A program made the translations under genes and the position numbers. Source: Nitrospiraceae bacterium (GTDB lineage: Bacteria > Nitrospirota > Nitrospiria > Nitrospirales > Nitrospiraceae). Taken from it: a stretch of 64,000 nt of DNA. The notes beneath the pieces are model-generated. The model had not been told where the DNA came from. It saw only the letters and a program-made list of their open reading frames with translations, and did no database searches. Below are positions 48,801 to 56,462 of the stretch, piece after piece. The DNA is taken from positions 3,392 to 67,391 of the forward strand of contig DATLZU010000026.1 in the NCBI GenBank assembly GCA_035573855.1. Direction: 5' to 3'. Within the stretch, counting starts at the first letter, position 1, and every line of letters starts with the position of its first letter.

Positions 48801-49091
48801 GGGATTATGTCCGGTCCCTGGAGCGATCTACGGCTCGGCCTGGCTAGGCAAACGGTCATGAACGGCGAGGTCCCTTTCCACGAGCCCATGCGGTTGCTGA
48901 CTGTGATCGAAGCTCCCCGAGCCATCATCGAGAAGCTGATCACGCGCCACGAGCTGTTACGCCATTTTTATCATCACGAGTGGGTGCACCTCGCCGCGCT
49001 GGACCCCTCGGACGGAGCCGTGTATCGTTACCGGCCGACCGGTGAGTGGAGTCGGGCCATCCGTTGCGATTTCCTTGCGCCGGATCGGTGA
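45849..49091 (+). CDS. dabA: DUF2309 protein (DabA/MpsB-type, beta-carbonic-anhydrase-like)
   Basis: 1080 aa. Contains [16 protein letters not shown] (TGC ATC GAT at 47322-47330), [25 protein letters not shown], and C-terminal [11 protein letters not shown]. Its start overlaps the end of the preceding gene. Confidence 0.85.
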   Translation: [1080 protein letters not shown]

Positions 49092-49167
49092 CGGCGCACA
49101 CCGGGACCCATCGCATCTTTAAAGGATGCCAGGTGCGGCCTGCACCGGACAGGAAAGGAGCCAACGC

Positions 49168-49509
49168 ATGAGCGCCCTGACGTTGCATCCCATGAAGGAG
49201 ATTCGTGTCATCGTCGCCGGAGAACACCGGGCGTTCGTCACCGACTTGTTGGACCGGGTAAACGCCACCGGATACACGATCATCGGTAATGTGTCGGGGA
49301 AAGGCCATCATGGATTCCGCGAAGCGCACTTCATGTTCAGCGAGCAGGAAAGCCTGGTGATGATCATGACCGTCGTCCCGGAAGAGAAGGTTGAGCCGAT
49401 TCTGGCCGGACTGCGCCCGTTGTTCGAACGGCACTCCGGCGTGATGTTCGTCGCGAACGTGGCCGTCAGCCGGCGGGAATATTTCGGCAAGACGGACGGC
49501 GGGAGCTGA
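49168..49509 (+). CDS. P-II-family signalling protein (CPII-like)
   Basis: ATG 49168 after SD AAAGGAG. 113 aa. Contains MKEIRVIVAGEHRAFVTDLLDRVNATGYTIIGNVSGKGHHG and the beta-alpha-beta P-II pattern. Confidence 0.65.
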   Translation: MSALTLHPMKEIRVIVAGEHRAFVTDLLDRVNATGYTIIGNVSGKGHHGFREAHFMFSEQESLVMIMTVVPEEKVEPILAGLRPLFERHSGVMFVANVAVSRREYFGKTDGGS

Positions 49510-49606
49510 ACGCTGGAGGATGAGGAGTTCCCTGTTCGCCCTTGTCTTTGCTCGACGGGTTTGTCTACAATGACCGCCTCATCGGCCGATGGAAGGGAGA
49601 CCCCGC

Positions 49607-49876
49607 GTGAAGGGTTTGCGATTCGAGCGAATCGGCAGAGACCGATACTACAACGTCGTCTTTCACATTGGCTCGACCTATGTACCGGTAAGCGACGAGA
49701 CGGTCGAAGAACTCAAGGCGCACAGCTTGTTGCCGGCCGAGCGGTTTCTCGACCTGCTGCTCGACAAGGTCGGCTATTCGTCCTACCTCAAAGATCAGAT
49801 CCGCGCCGAACTGAAAAGCGCCGGCGACCCCGTCACCCAAATCACGGTGCTCCAAGGAACGATCCGGGAGCTGTAG
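49607..49876 (+). CDS. Small hypothetical protein (89 aa) trailing the DAB cluster
   Basis: GTG 49607 lies 7 nt after SD GGAAGGGAG. Product: (M)KGLRFERIGRDRYYNVVFHIGSTYVPVSDETVEELK... I do not recognise a domain. Confidence 0.4.
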   Translation: MKGLRFERIGRDRYYNVVFHIGSTYVPVSDETVEELKAHSLLPAERFLDLLLDKVGYSSYLKDQIRAELKSAGDPVTQITVLQGTIREL

Positions 49877-49895
49877 GCGCCACGCGCGGCGTGCG

Positions 49896-50939
49896 TCACG
49901 TATCCCACGCCCCGCCTTCTTTGAAGATCTGGTTCATGATCTCGTTTTTCTTCTGGGGATCCCGCTCGTACTTGAGCGCCTTGGTGTAGTTGTCGATGGC
50001 GGTCTGCACCTTCCCGCGACAGGCATACACCTTCGCCACGCCCAGGTAGGCGCGCGCATTCTCAGGATCGGCTTTCAAGGCCCGGTTGAAGGCGTCCATG
50101 GCGTCCTCCAGATGCCCCTTTTCAAACAACAGCCAACCGATTTCGACGCGCGCGGGCGCGAAATCGGGATTCGCCTGGACCGCCGCCTCATATTCTTTCA
50201 GCGCCAAATCTTTCCGACCCCGACTTTCGTACAAGCCGCCCAGTGCATAGCGCACCTCCGCGTCTTGGGGGTTCAGGCGAACCGCCTCCTTGTATTCCAG
50301 CAACGCCGCCTCCGTCTTGCCCTGCTCCAGCAGGGCGCAAGCGAGATTCGCATGGGCGATCGGGTCGTTCGGATTCAGCCGGATCACTTCGCGGTACTGG
50401 GGAATCGCCATCTCGAGCCGGCCCTGTTCCTGATAGGCCACCCCTAGGTTGGTCCGGGCCGGGATGTAGGTCGGGTCCAGCTTGACGGCCTCACGGTATT
50501 CCTTGATCGCCAGTTCAAGCCGGTCCGCACGCTCATGGATCTGGGCGAGGAAATAATGCGGATAAGCGGAAAGCGGATCGAGTCTAATGGCCTCCTTGTA
50601 ACACTCCACCGACTGCTCGGATTTCCCGGATTGAGCCAGGAACAATCCCATGACCAAGTGGACGGTGGCCTTGTCCGGATGCCGGGCACGCAAGTCCTCC
50701 ATCCAGGCGCGGATCACCTCGATGTCCTCGCCCTCCTTCAACGCTTGGGCGTGAGTCTTCCAGGCCTCCGCGAATCGTCCTTTGATGAGATGCACGACAT
50801 TCAGCGCGAAGTACGGCCGCGGCTCGCGTCGGTCCTCCGGCACCGCCTGTGCCCACGCCGTCGCTTCCCCGAGCGCCGCGTCCCAGTCGCCCCGCAGGAT
50901 GGCCTCTTCGATCCGAACCGCGTAGTCCGACCCGCTCAA
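49896..50939 (-). CDS. Tetratricopeptide repeat protein
   Basis: 347 aa with about 8 canonical 34-aa TPR units (A..Y.EA..L.P....A..NLG). Confidence 0.85.
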   Translation of the reverse strand: MSGSDYAVRIEEAILRGDWDAALGEATAWAQAVPEDRREPRPYFALNVVHLIKGRFAEAWKTHAQALKEGEDIEVIRAWMEDLRARHPDKATVHLVMGLFLAQSGKSEQSVECYKEAIRLDPLSAYPHYFLAQIHERADRLELAIKEYREAVKLDPTYIPARTNLGVAYQEQGRLEMAIPQYREVIRLNPNDPIAHANLACALLEQGKTEAALLEYKEAVRLNPQDAEVRYALGGLYESRGRKDLALKEYEAAVQANPDFAPARVEIGWLLFEKGHLEDAMDAFNRALKADPENARAYLGVAKVYACRGKVQTAIDNYTKALKYERDPQKKNEIMNQIFKEGGAWDT

Positions 50940-51433
50940 TGGTGCCTCTTGTCCTTATGATGTCTGCCTTGTGGTGCCGGTTCCGGGAGGTCGATCCCGA
51001 CGAAATGGCGGTAGACCAATTCGCCTCCGTACCACCCCTGCACCCCGGTCAGCGTCGCACCGAGCACATTGACGATCACCGGCAGCGCGACGGTGCCGGA
51101 AGCCGGGAGGTCGCCTCCGTTGCGCACCGCCAGATTCAACCCTTGGATCACCAGCAAGCCAACCCCGAAGATGAAATGCGACAGGGCCGGATGCCGGGCG
51201 GCCGCTGTTCGCTCGCGGATGATCGCCAGAAAATCGGGAAATCCGGTGGCGGCGGCGCCCAGGTGCGTCACTACCCCGAACACCAGCGCCCAGTAGGCGG
51301 CGCGAAACCAGAAGGCGTCGCGGAGGAGAAGATACAGGACATCGCACACCAACGCCGCGGAGTACAGCCCGATGGGAAATCCCACTGCCATGGCATGAAT
51401 CGGATGCCCGCGAAACTGCAACCGGCTTTTCAT
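50936..51433 (-). CDS. DUF2231 membrane protein
   Basis: 165 aa. Contains GHPIHAMAVGFPIGL, has 4 TM segments, and ends GGELVY. Overlaps the TPR gene start by 4 nt. Confidence 0.7.
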   Translation of the reverse strand: MKSRLQFRGHPIHAMAVGFPIGLYSAALVCDVLYLLLRDAFWFRAAYWALVFGVVTHLGAAATGFPDFLAIIRERTAAARHPALSHFIFGVGLLVIQGLNLAVRNGGDLPASGTVALPVIVNVLGATLTGVQGWYGGELVYRHFVGIDLPEPAPQGRHHKDKRHH

Positions 51434-51446
51434 GGACCATCACCCC

Positions 51447-52955
51447 TTATCGGGTGAGCGTGTCCTCCACGTCCGGCGGCGTCGCCTGGACCAGATCGCC
51501 CAGCATCGGATAGCGCTCGGCGAGCTTTCGTTTCATCGACCAGGCGACGGTCCGGTATGACCAGTGTCCTTTCACGCCCGACCGGAGCTTGGCGATGTAC
51601 TCCGCCTCCGCGAAGTCCATCTTGAACAGGCAACGGACCCGGAAGCCAAAGGGAATCGCGTAGAGCGCGGCTTCCTGGCTGGTTTCGCGCAACCGCTCGA
51701 TGTCCGCTTTCACGGCGTCCATGGCATCCCGATAGTCCCGTTCGAGCCCGGCTTGGACGAGCGCCGGCGGGATGTCGTATCCGTGGACGGTCGTGAAGTT
51801 CTGCTGGACCTGCTGGCAACGCCGGTGTCGGTGCAGGTCCCGCCAGCCGCCGATGTCCATGAGGATGTCGAAGACGAACGCATACCCGCTACGGAACTCC
51901 TTGACCAATTCGTCGTAGGGCCCGCGCTTCCGCAGTGCGACTTCGATTGTGTCTCGCTTTTGCTTCTCAGTCCACTCGCGCACGACGGCAAGAATGTGTC
52001 GATACGGCGCCTGCGTTACGCGATAGAGCAGCGTGGCGACGAGTTCGTCGAGCGGGTGATGGGGCTCGATGAGGTCCACCGGGTCGTCCTGCTTTCTCAG
52101 CCTGTTGGGCGCCCGCACCGAATCCGGTTGATCGAGTCCCGTCCCCTTCAGCACTTCGCGCGCGTGCCGCGCCAGATCCCGGTACACTTCGGCCTGATAG
52201 GCGCTCGCCTTGGCATGCCTGGCCAGCGTCGGCGCCAGCGGCTCGGCCAGCCCGGCCGCCTGCCCCACCAGTTCTTTCCAAAGATTGACGGGGGGGCGGA
52301 GGCAGGCTTCTTTCAGTTCTTCCCCGATGGCCCGCAGTTCCGGTAACGGGGAGGAGAGCAGGCGTGTCATCTGCTTTTCAAGCGTCCTGATGCTCACCAC
52401 CTGCCCGACATTGGTGCAGGCGGCGAGTGGCAGGAGGTAGCGCGTCACGTCGAACGCACGGGCCGCGATCGTCCGTTGGTATTGCGCCGGCGTCATAGAT
52501 TCCGGCCGCGGCTCGCGTTCGGACAGGAATCGGGTCAGCGGCTCATGCAATGTGCGGTACACGTTGGCTAGGCTGCGGAGAATGCCCTGATAGATCCCTT
52601 CCGTTTCTGTGCCGCGGATGGAGTCCGGCACGTACCAGGTGCTGGAGGCGAAGTTCTGGTAGCGGCTGGATTTCGCCTGACCGTCCCACAACGGTTCGTC
52701 CTCCAGTCGGATCGCCGCCAACTCCGAGATGTGCTCGAAACAGACGATGACATGCCCCAAATCGGCGATCGAGGCGTGCCCGTAATCGAAGTAGAACTGT
52801 TCCCAGAACCTCTCGGACGAGTGGGCGTGGACCCACCGGATGCTGTCCTCAATCGAATCCGGCGAGCGGCTGTAGCGGGCCAACGCGTACGCGGATTTCT
52901 CCGGCGGCATGGGCGCAACGGCGATGACCCTACGTTGTGACCCGACAGTGGTCAT
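51447..52955 (-). CDS. thyX: Tandem-domain (pseudo-dimeric) ThyX-like FAD-dependent thymidylate synthase
   Basis: 502 aa with two ThyX-like halves. The first half contains GHASIADLGHVIVCFEHIS...AKSSRYQNF. The second half contains WRDLHRHRRCQQVQQNF. Confidence 0.6.
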   Translation of the reverse strand: MTTVGSQRRVIAVAPMPPEKSAYALARYSRSPDSIEDSIRWVHAHSSERFWEQFYFDYGHASIADLGHVIVCFEHISELAAIRLEDEPLWDGQAKSSRYQNFASSTWYVPDSIRGTETEGIYQGILRSLANVYRTLHEPLTRFLSEREPRPESMTPAQYQRTIAARAFDVTRYLLPLAACTNVGQVVSIRTLEKQMTRLLSSPLPELRAIGEELKEACLRPPVNLWKELVGQAAGLAEPLAPTLARHAKASAYQAEVYRDLARHAREVLKGTGLDQPDSVRAPNRLRKQDDPVDLIEPHHPLDELVATLLYRVTQAPYRHILAVVREWTEKQKRDTIEVALRKRGPYDELVKEFRSGYAFVFDILMDIGGWRDLHRHRRCQQVQQNFTTVHGYDIPPALVQAGLERDYRDAMDAVKADIERLRETSQEAALYAIPFGFRVRCLFKMDFAEAEYIAKLRSGVKGHWSYRTVAWSMKRKLAERYPMLGDLVQATPPDVEDTLTR

Positions 52956-53039
52956 GCCTCTCCTCCTCCGGCGTAATCGGTCATCGGCGATCCCTTCTTC
53001 TCCACCATCGCGTCTTGATCACCGATCAATGACCTCCGG

Positions 53040-54116
53040 TTACCAGGCGCTCCCAAACAATGCCCATGCCGCGCCCAGTGCGAACGCGGTGTTGGCCACC
53101 GTCGCCAGAAAATAGACCGCCACCGGACGCCAGCCCACCTCGGCAAACTCCGCGAAAGACAACTCCAAACCGATGCAGACAAAGGCCGCAGTCAGAAACC
53201 AGTTCCGCAACGGGACGATCGCGTGTTTGACGTGCTCCGGCTCAAGGAGCCCGACGGTGGCGAACGCCGAAGCGGTCATGAAGCCCAGGACGAATTTCGG
53301 AAACCGGGTCCAGATCTCGCGCGGACTGGGCCGCTGGTCCGGCCGGCGTTCGATGACAACAACCCAATACAACGCCAACAAGAACGCGGCGAACCCAATG
53401 AGGGCGTTCTGGGATAGCTTCACGACCGAGGCGACCTTCATGGCGGTTTCACTGTGGATTGCGCCGGCCCCGACCACGGCGGCGGTTGTATCGATGTTGC
53501 CACCGATCCACGCGCCAGCCACCTCGGCGGAGAGATCCAATGCTTTCGCCGCGTAGGGCTGGAGCAGCATGAGCGGCAGCGCGAATATGATCACCAGCGT
53601 GGCCACATAGGCCAAGTGCTCTTTCTTCGCCAACACCGCGCCCGCGGCGGCGATGGCGGCGGAAACTCCGCAAATCGAGACGGAGGCGGCCATCAGCGCG
53701 CGCAACTTGGCATCGAGCCGAAACCACGCGGCCAAGCGCCAGGTCAAGAAGAACACCGCCGTGACGACCAACACTGCTTGGATCAGACCCTTGGCTCCGA
53801 TACGCAGGACGTCTGCCAAGTTGATCGTGGCGCCCATCAGGACAAGTCCCGTCTTCAGGAAAAATTCCGTTCCTATCACGGTGCTGACGTGCGTACGCAC
53901 CCCGGCGGCGCTGATCGCCAGATTGGCTGCCAGTCCCAGTGTGACGGCCCACACAGGATATTCTAACAACTCCCGACCGAGCCACGCCTTGCTCGTCTGA
54001 GCCAGCCGATTGGCGATCACCGCCAGCAGGATGACAAACAGAAACGAAAGCGCCGCGGCAAGGCGCCGGGTCCTTGTTTCGGTCCGGCCCGCCACTCTCG
54101 GATCTTCCTTCGACAT
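53040..54116 (-). CDS. YeiH/UPF0324-family membrane protein (putative sulfate exporter family)
   Basis: 358 aa, polytopic. Contains FFLKTGLVLMGATINLADVLRIGAKGL and SICGVSAAIAAAG. Confidence 0.75.
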   Translation of the reverse strand: MSKEDPRVAGRTETRTRRLAAALSFLFVILLAVIANRLAQTSKAWLGRELLEYPVWAVTLGLAANLAISAAGVRTHVSTVIGTEFFLKTGLVLMGATINLADVLRIGAKGLIQAVLVVTAVFFLTWRLAAWFRLDAKLRALMAASVSICGVSAAIAAAGAVLAKKEHLAYVATLVIIFALPLMLLQPYAAKALDLSAEVAGAWIGGNIDTTAAVVGAGAIHSETAMKVASVVKLSQNALIGFAAFLLALYWVVVIERRPDQRPSPREIWTRFPKFVLGFMTASAFATVGLLEPEHVKHAIVPLRNWFLTAAFVCIGLELSFAEFAEVGWRPVAVYFLATVANTAFALGAAWALFGSAW

Positions 54117-54321
54117 CGACGATCACCAGGGGACATGCGTGATCAGCCCTGCCCCGACCATGGCCGCCAATCCCAACCCGATGATGACTGCGAGCCAGTC
54201 TTCACTCATTTCCGCCGCAAGCCGAACGAGACGCCAGATCGCGATCATCCCGTTCGGTGCGCCGCACTATAAACGCCTGGAGGCTGTCGCTGCAAGGAGG
54301 CAGCGCAGGTGAGGAGGCGCG

Positions 54322-54351
54322 TTGACTTGCTGCGAATGCCGCCGCTATAGT
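54322..54351 (+). promoter_or_regulatory. Sigma70-like promoter candidate for hisS
   Basis: TTGACT (54322-27), an 18-nt spacer, then TATAGT (54346-51). Lies about 33 nt upstream of the hisS GTG. Confidence 0.4.
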
Positions 54352-54383
54352 GCGCCTCGCACACGCGAACGACCGCAGCCGCC

Positions 54384-55661
54384 GTGATTCGAGGCATTAA
54401 AGGCGTCAAAGATATCCTGCCCGACGAGACGGCCCGCTGGCAGTTTGTCGAACAGCATGCCCGCCAGACGGCCGGCCTCTATGGCTATCGGGAGATCCGC
54501 ATCCCGATTTTCGAAATGACGGACCTCTTCGCCCGGAGCATTGGGGCGACGACCGATATCGTCGAGAAAGAGATGTACACCTTTCAGGACCGCGACGGCG
54601 CTTCTCTGACCCTGCGCCCCGAAGGAACTGCCGGAGCGGTCCGAGCGTATATCGAGCACAATCTGGCGGCCGACCCTCTTCCCCAAAAGCTGTATTACCT
54701 GGGTCCGATGTTCCGGCATGAGCGCCCGCAAGCCGGACGGCTCCGCCAGTTTCACCAGTTCGGTGTGGAGTTCTTCGGTACGGCGGATCCGCGCGCCGAC
54801 GTCGAAGTGATCGCGCTGCTGTGGCGATTCCTCTCCGGGCTCGGCCTTCCCGATCTGGCGTTGGAGATGAACAGCTTGGGACTGGCTGAGGACAGACCGG
54901 CCTTTAAGGCCGTGCTCCTCCGGTTCCTCAAGGAGCGCGAATCCCGGCTCTGCTCGAACTGCCGGCGGCGCATGGAGACGAACCCCCTGCGCGTCCTCGA
55001 CTGCAAAGTGCCCGAGTGCCGCGCGGCGACCGAGGATGCCCCGAGGCTGACGGACCACCTGTCGCCGGAGGCCCGCCGTCACTTCGACAAGGTGCTCGGC
55101 GGCCTGTCGCTGATCGGCGTCCCCTATCGGCTCAATCCCCGACTCGTCCGCGGACTCGATTACTACACGCTGACGGCCTTTGAGGTCACCTCCTCGCAGC
55201 TTGGCGCGCAAAACGCCGTTGGGGCGGGAGGTCGCTATGACGGGTTGGTGGAGGCGCTCGGCGGCCCGAAGACTCCAGCGATTGGGTTCGCCGTCGGTTT
55301 GGAGCGGGTCACGCTGATGCTCCCGCAAGGCAATACGCCTTCCGTTCAGCGGTCTGTGTACGTCGCCGCCTTCGGCGAGCGCGGATCTTCTGCTGGCCTG
55401 ACCCTGGTCGAAGAACTGCGAGCCCTCGGGGTTTCGGCCAACACCGACTACAGAGCGACCTCGCTAAAAGCTCACCTGCGGCAGGCCGATCGGCTCCGCT
55501 CGATCTATGCTGTCATTGTCGGCGATGAGGAAGTTTCCAAAGACTTCCTCGTCGTCCGCGATATGGATACGAAACAGCAGGAGAACCTCCCTCTCAAGGG
55601 TGCGGCACAGTCAATCGCATTGCGGTATCGCTCCGACGGAGAACGTGCTTTTTCCCGTTGA
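54384..55661 (+). CDS. hisS: Histidine--tRNA ligase
   Basis: GTG start. Contains IRGIKGVKDILPDE, EKEMYTFQDRDGASLTLRPEGTAGAVRAY and YYLGPMFRHERPQAGRLRQFHQ. Confidence 0.95.
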   Translation: MIRGIKGVKDILPDETARWQFVEQHARQTAGLYGYREIRIPIFEMTDLFARSIGATTDIVEKEMYTFQDRDGASLTLRPEGTAGAVRAYIEHNLAADPLPQKLYYLGPMFRHERPQAGRLRQFHQFGVEFFGTADPRADVEVIALLWRFLSGLGLPDLALEMNSLGLAEDRPAFKAVLLRFLKERESRLCSNCRRRMETNPLRVLDCKVPECRAATEDAPRLTDHLSPEARRHFDKVLGGLSLIGVPYRLNPRLVRGLDYYTLTAFEVTSSQLGAQNAVGAGGRYDGLVEALGGPKTPAIGFAVGLERVTLMLPQGNTPSVQRSVYVAAFGERGSSAGLTLVEELRALGVSANTDYRATSLKAHLRQADRLRSIYAVIVGDEEVSKDFLVVRDMDTKQQENLPLKGAAQSIALRYRSDGERAFSR

Positions 55662-55760
55662 CTTTTTTGTCTGGAATCCGTAATCTGCGAAAGATAGTTT
55701 TTTTATTTATAAGTTATTGATTTATTGTGTTTTTATAAGTCTATCCCCTCTTGGATTCTT

Positions 55761-56081
55761 ATGCAGAGAAAGAAACTCGGAATCTTACTCTCGACACCCC
55801 AATCGCATCCCAGTGTGGAGACGGTCGCCACCCTGTCTTCTGAAGCGCTGGCACAGCAGATCGATGTCTACCTCTACCTCATCGACGAGGGAGTGAAGAA
55901 CGTGCGTGATCCGCGCTTGACCGAATTGGCGCATCGTGGTGTCAAACTGTTTGCATGCGCATACGGCTGCCAACGGCACGGCGTATCGACCGAAGGGCTC
56001 GATCCCGCCATATCTCTGTGCGGACTCGTCGTCCTCTCGAACATGGTAGCCGGTTGCGATCGATTTCTTGCGTTTACCTGA
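55761..56081 (+). CDS. DsrE/TusD-like protein
   Basis: From ATG 55761: MQRKKLGILLSTPQ...IDVYLYLIDEGV...KLFACAYGCQRHGV. About 106 aa. Confidence 0.6.
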   Translation: MQRKKLGILLSTPQSHPSVETVATLSSEALAQQIDVYLYLIDEGVKNVRDPRLTELAHRGVKLFACAYGCQRHGVSTEGLDPAISLCGLVVLSNMVAGCDRFLAFT

Positions 56082-56102
56082 CCCTTAGACGCTCGGCTCG
56101 CG

Positions 56103-56450
56103 ATGCCTTACCATGTTGCCGTCGTCATCCGCGCGAATCCCACAAAGACGCACCGTGCGGTTGAGGCGCTTCGCATTGCTCTCGGTTTGAGCGCTGGCGA
56201 GCATACCGTGACCGTCTTCCTTCTAGATCAAGCTCCTGCGCTCCTCACGGAGGACCTCGAACATGTCATTGACGCCGACATTCTCGAAAAATATTTACCT
56301 TCTCTCGAGCAATTAGGTACCCCGTTTGTGGTCGTCGAGGGGACGCTGTCCCAGTTCCGCATAACCCCCGGTTTTAACGTTCGTGAAGAGCAACTCTTTA
56401 GGATTGCCGAACTGATTGCGTCGAGCGATCGGGCGCTGGTGTTCTCCTGA
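56103..56450 (+). CDS. DsrF/TusC-like protein
   Basis: 115 aa. Contains VAVVIRANPTKTHRAVEALRIALGLSAGEHTVTVFLLDQA. Confidence 0.55.
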   Translation: MPYHVAVVIRANPTKTHRAVEALRIALGLSAGEHTVTVFLLDQAPALLTEDLEHVIDADILEKYLPSLEQLGTPFVVVEGTLSQFRITPGFNVREEQLFRIAELIASSDRALVFS

Positions 56451-56462
56451 GGAAAACAGCTG

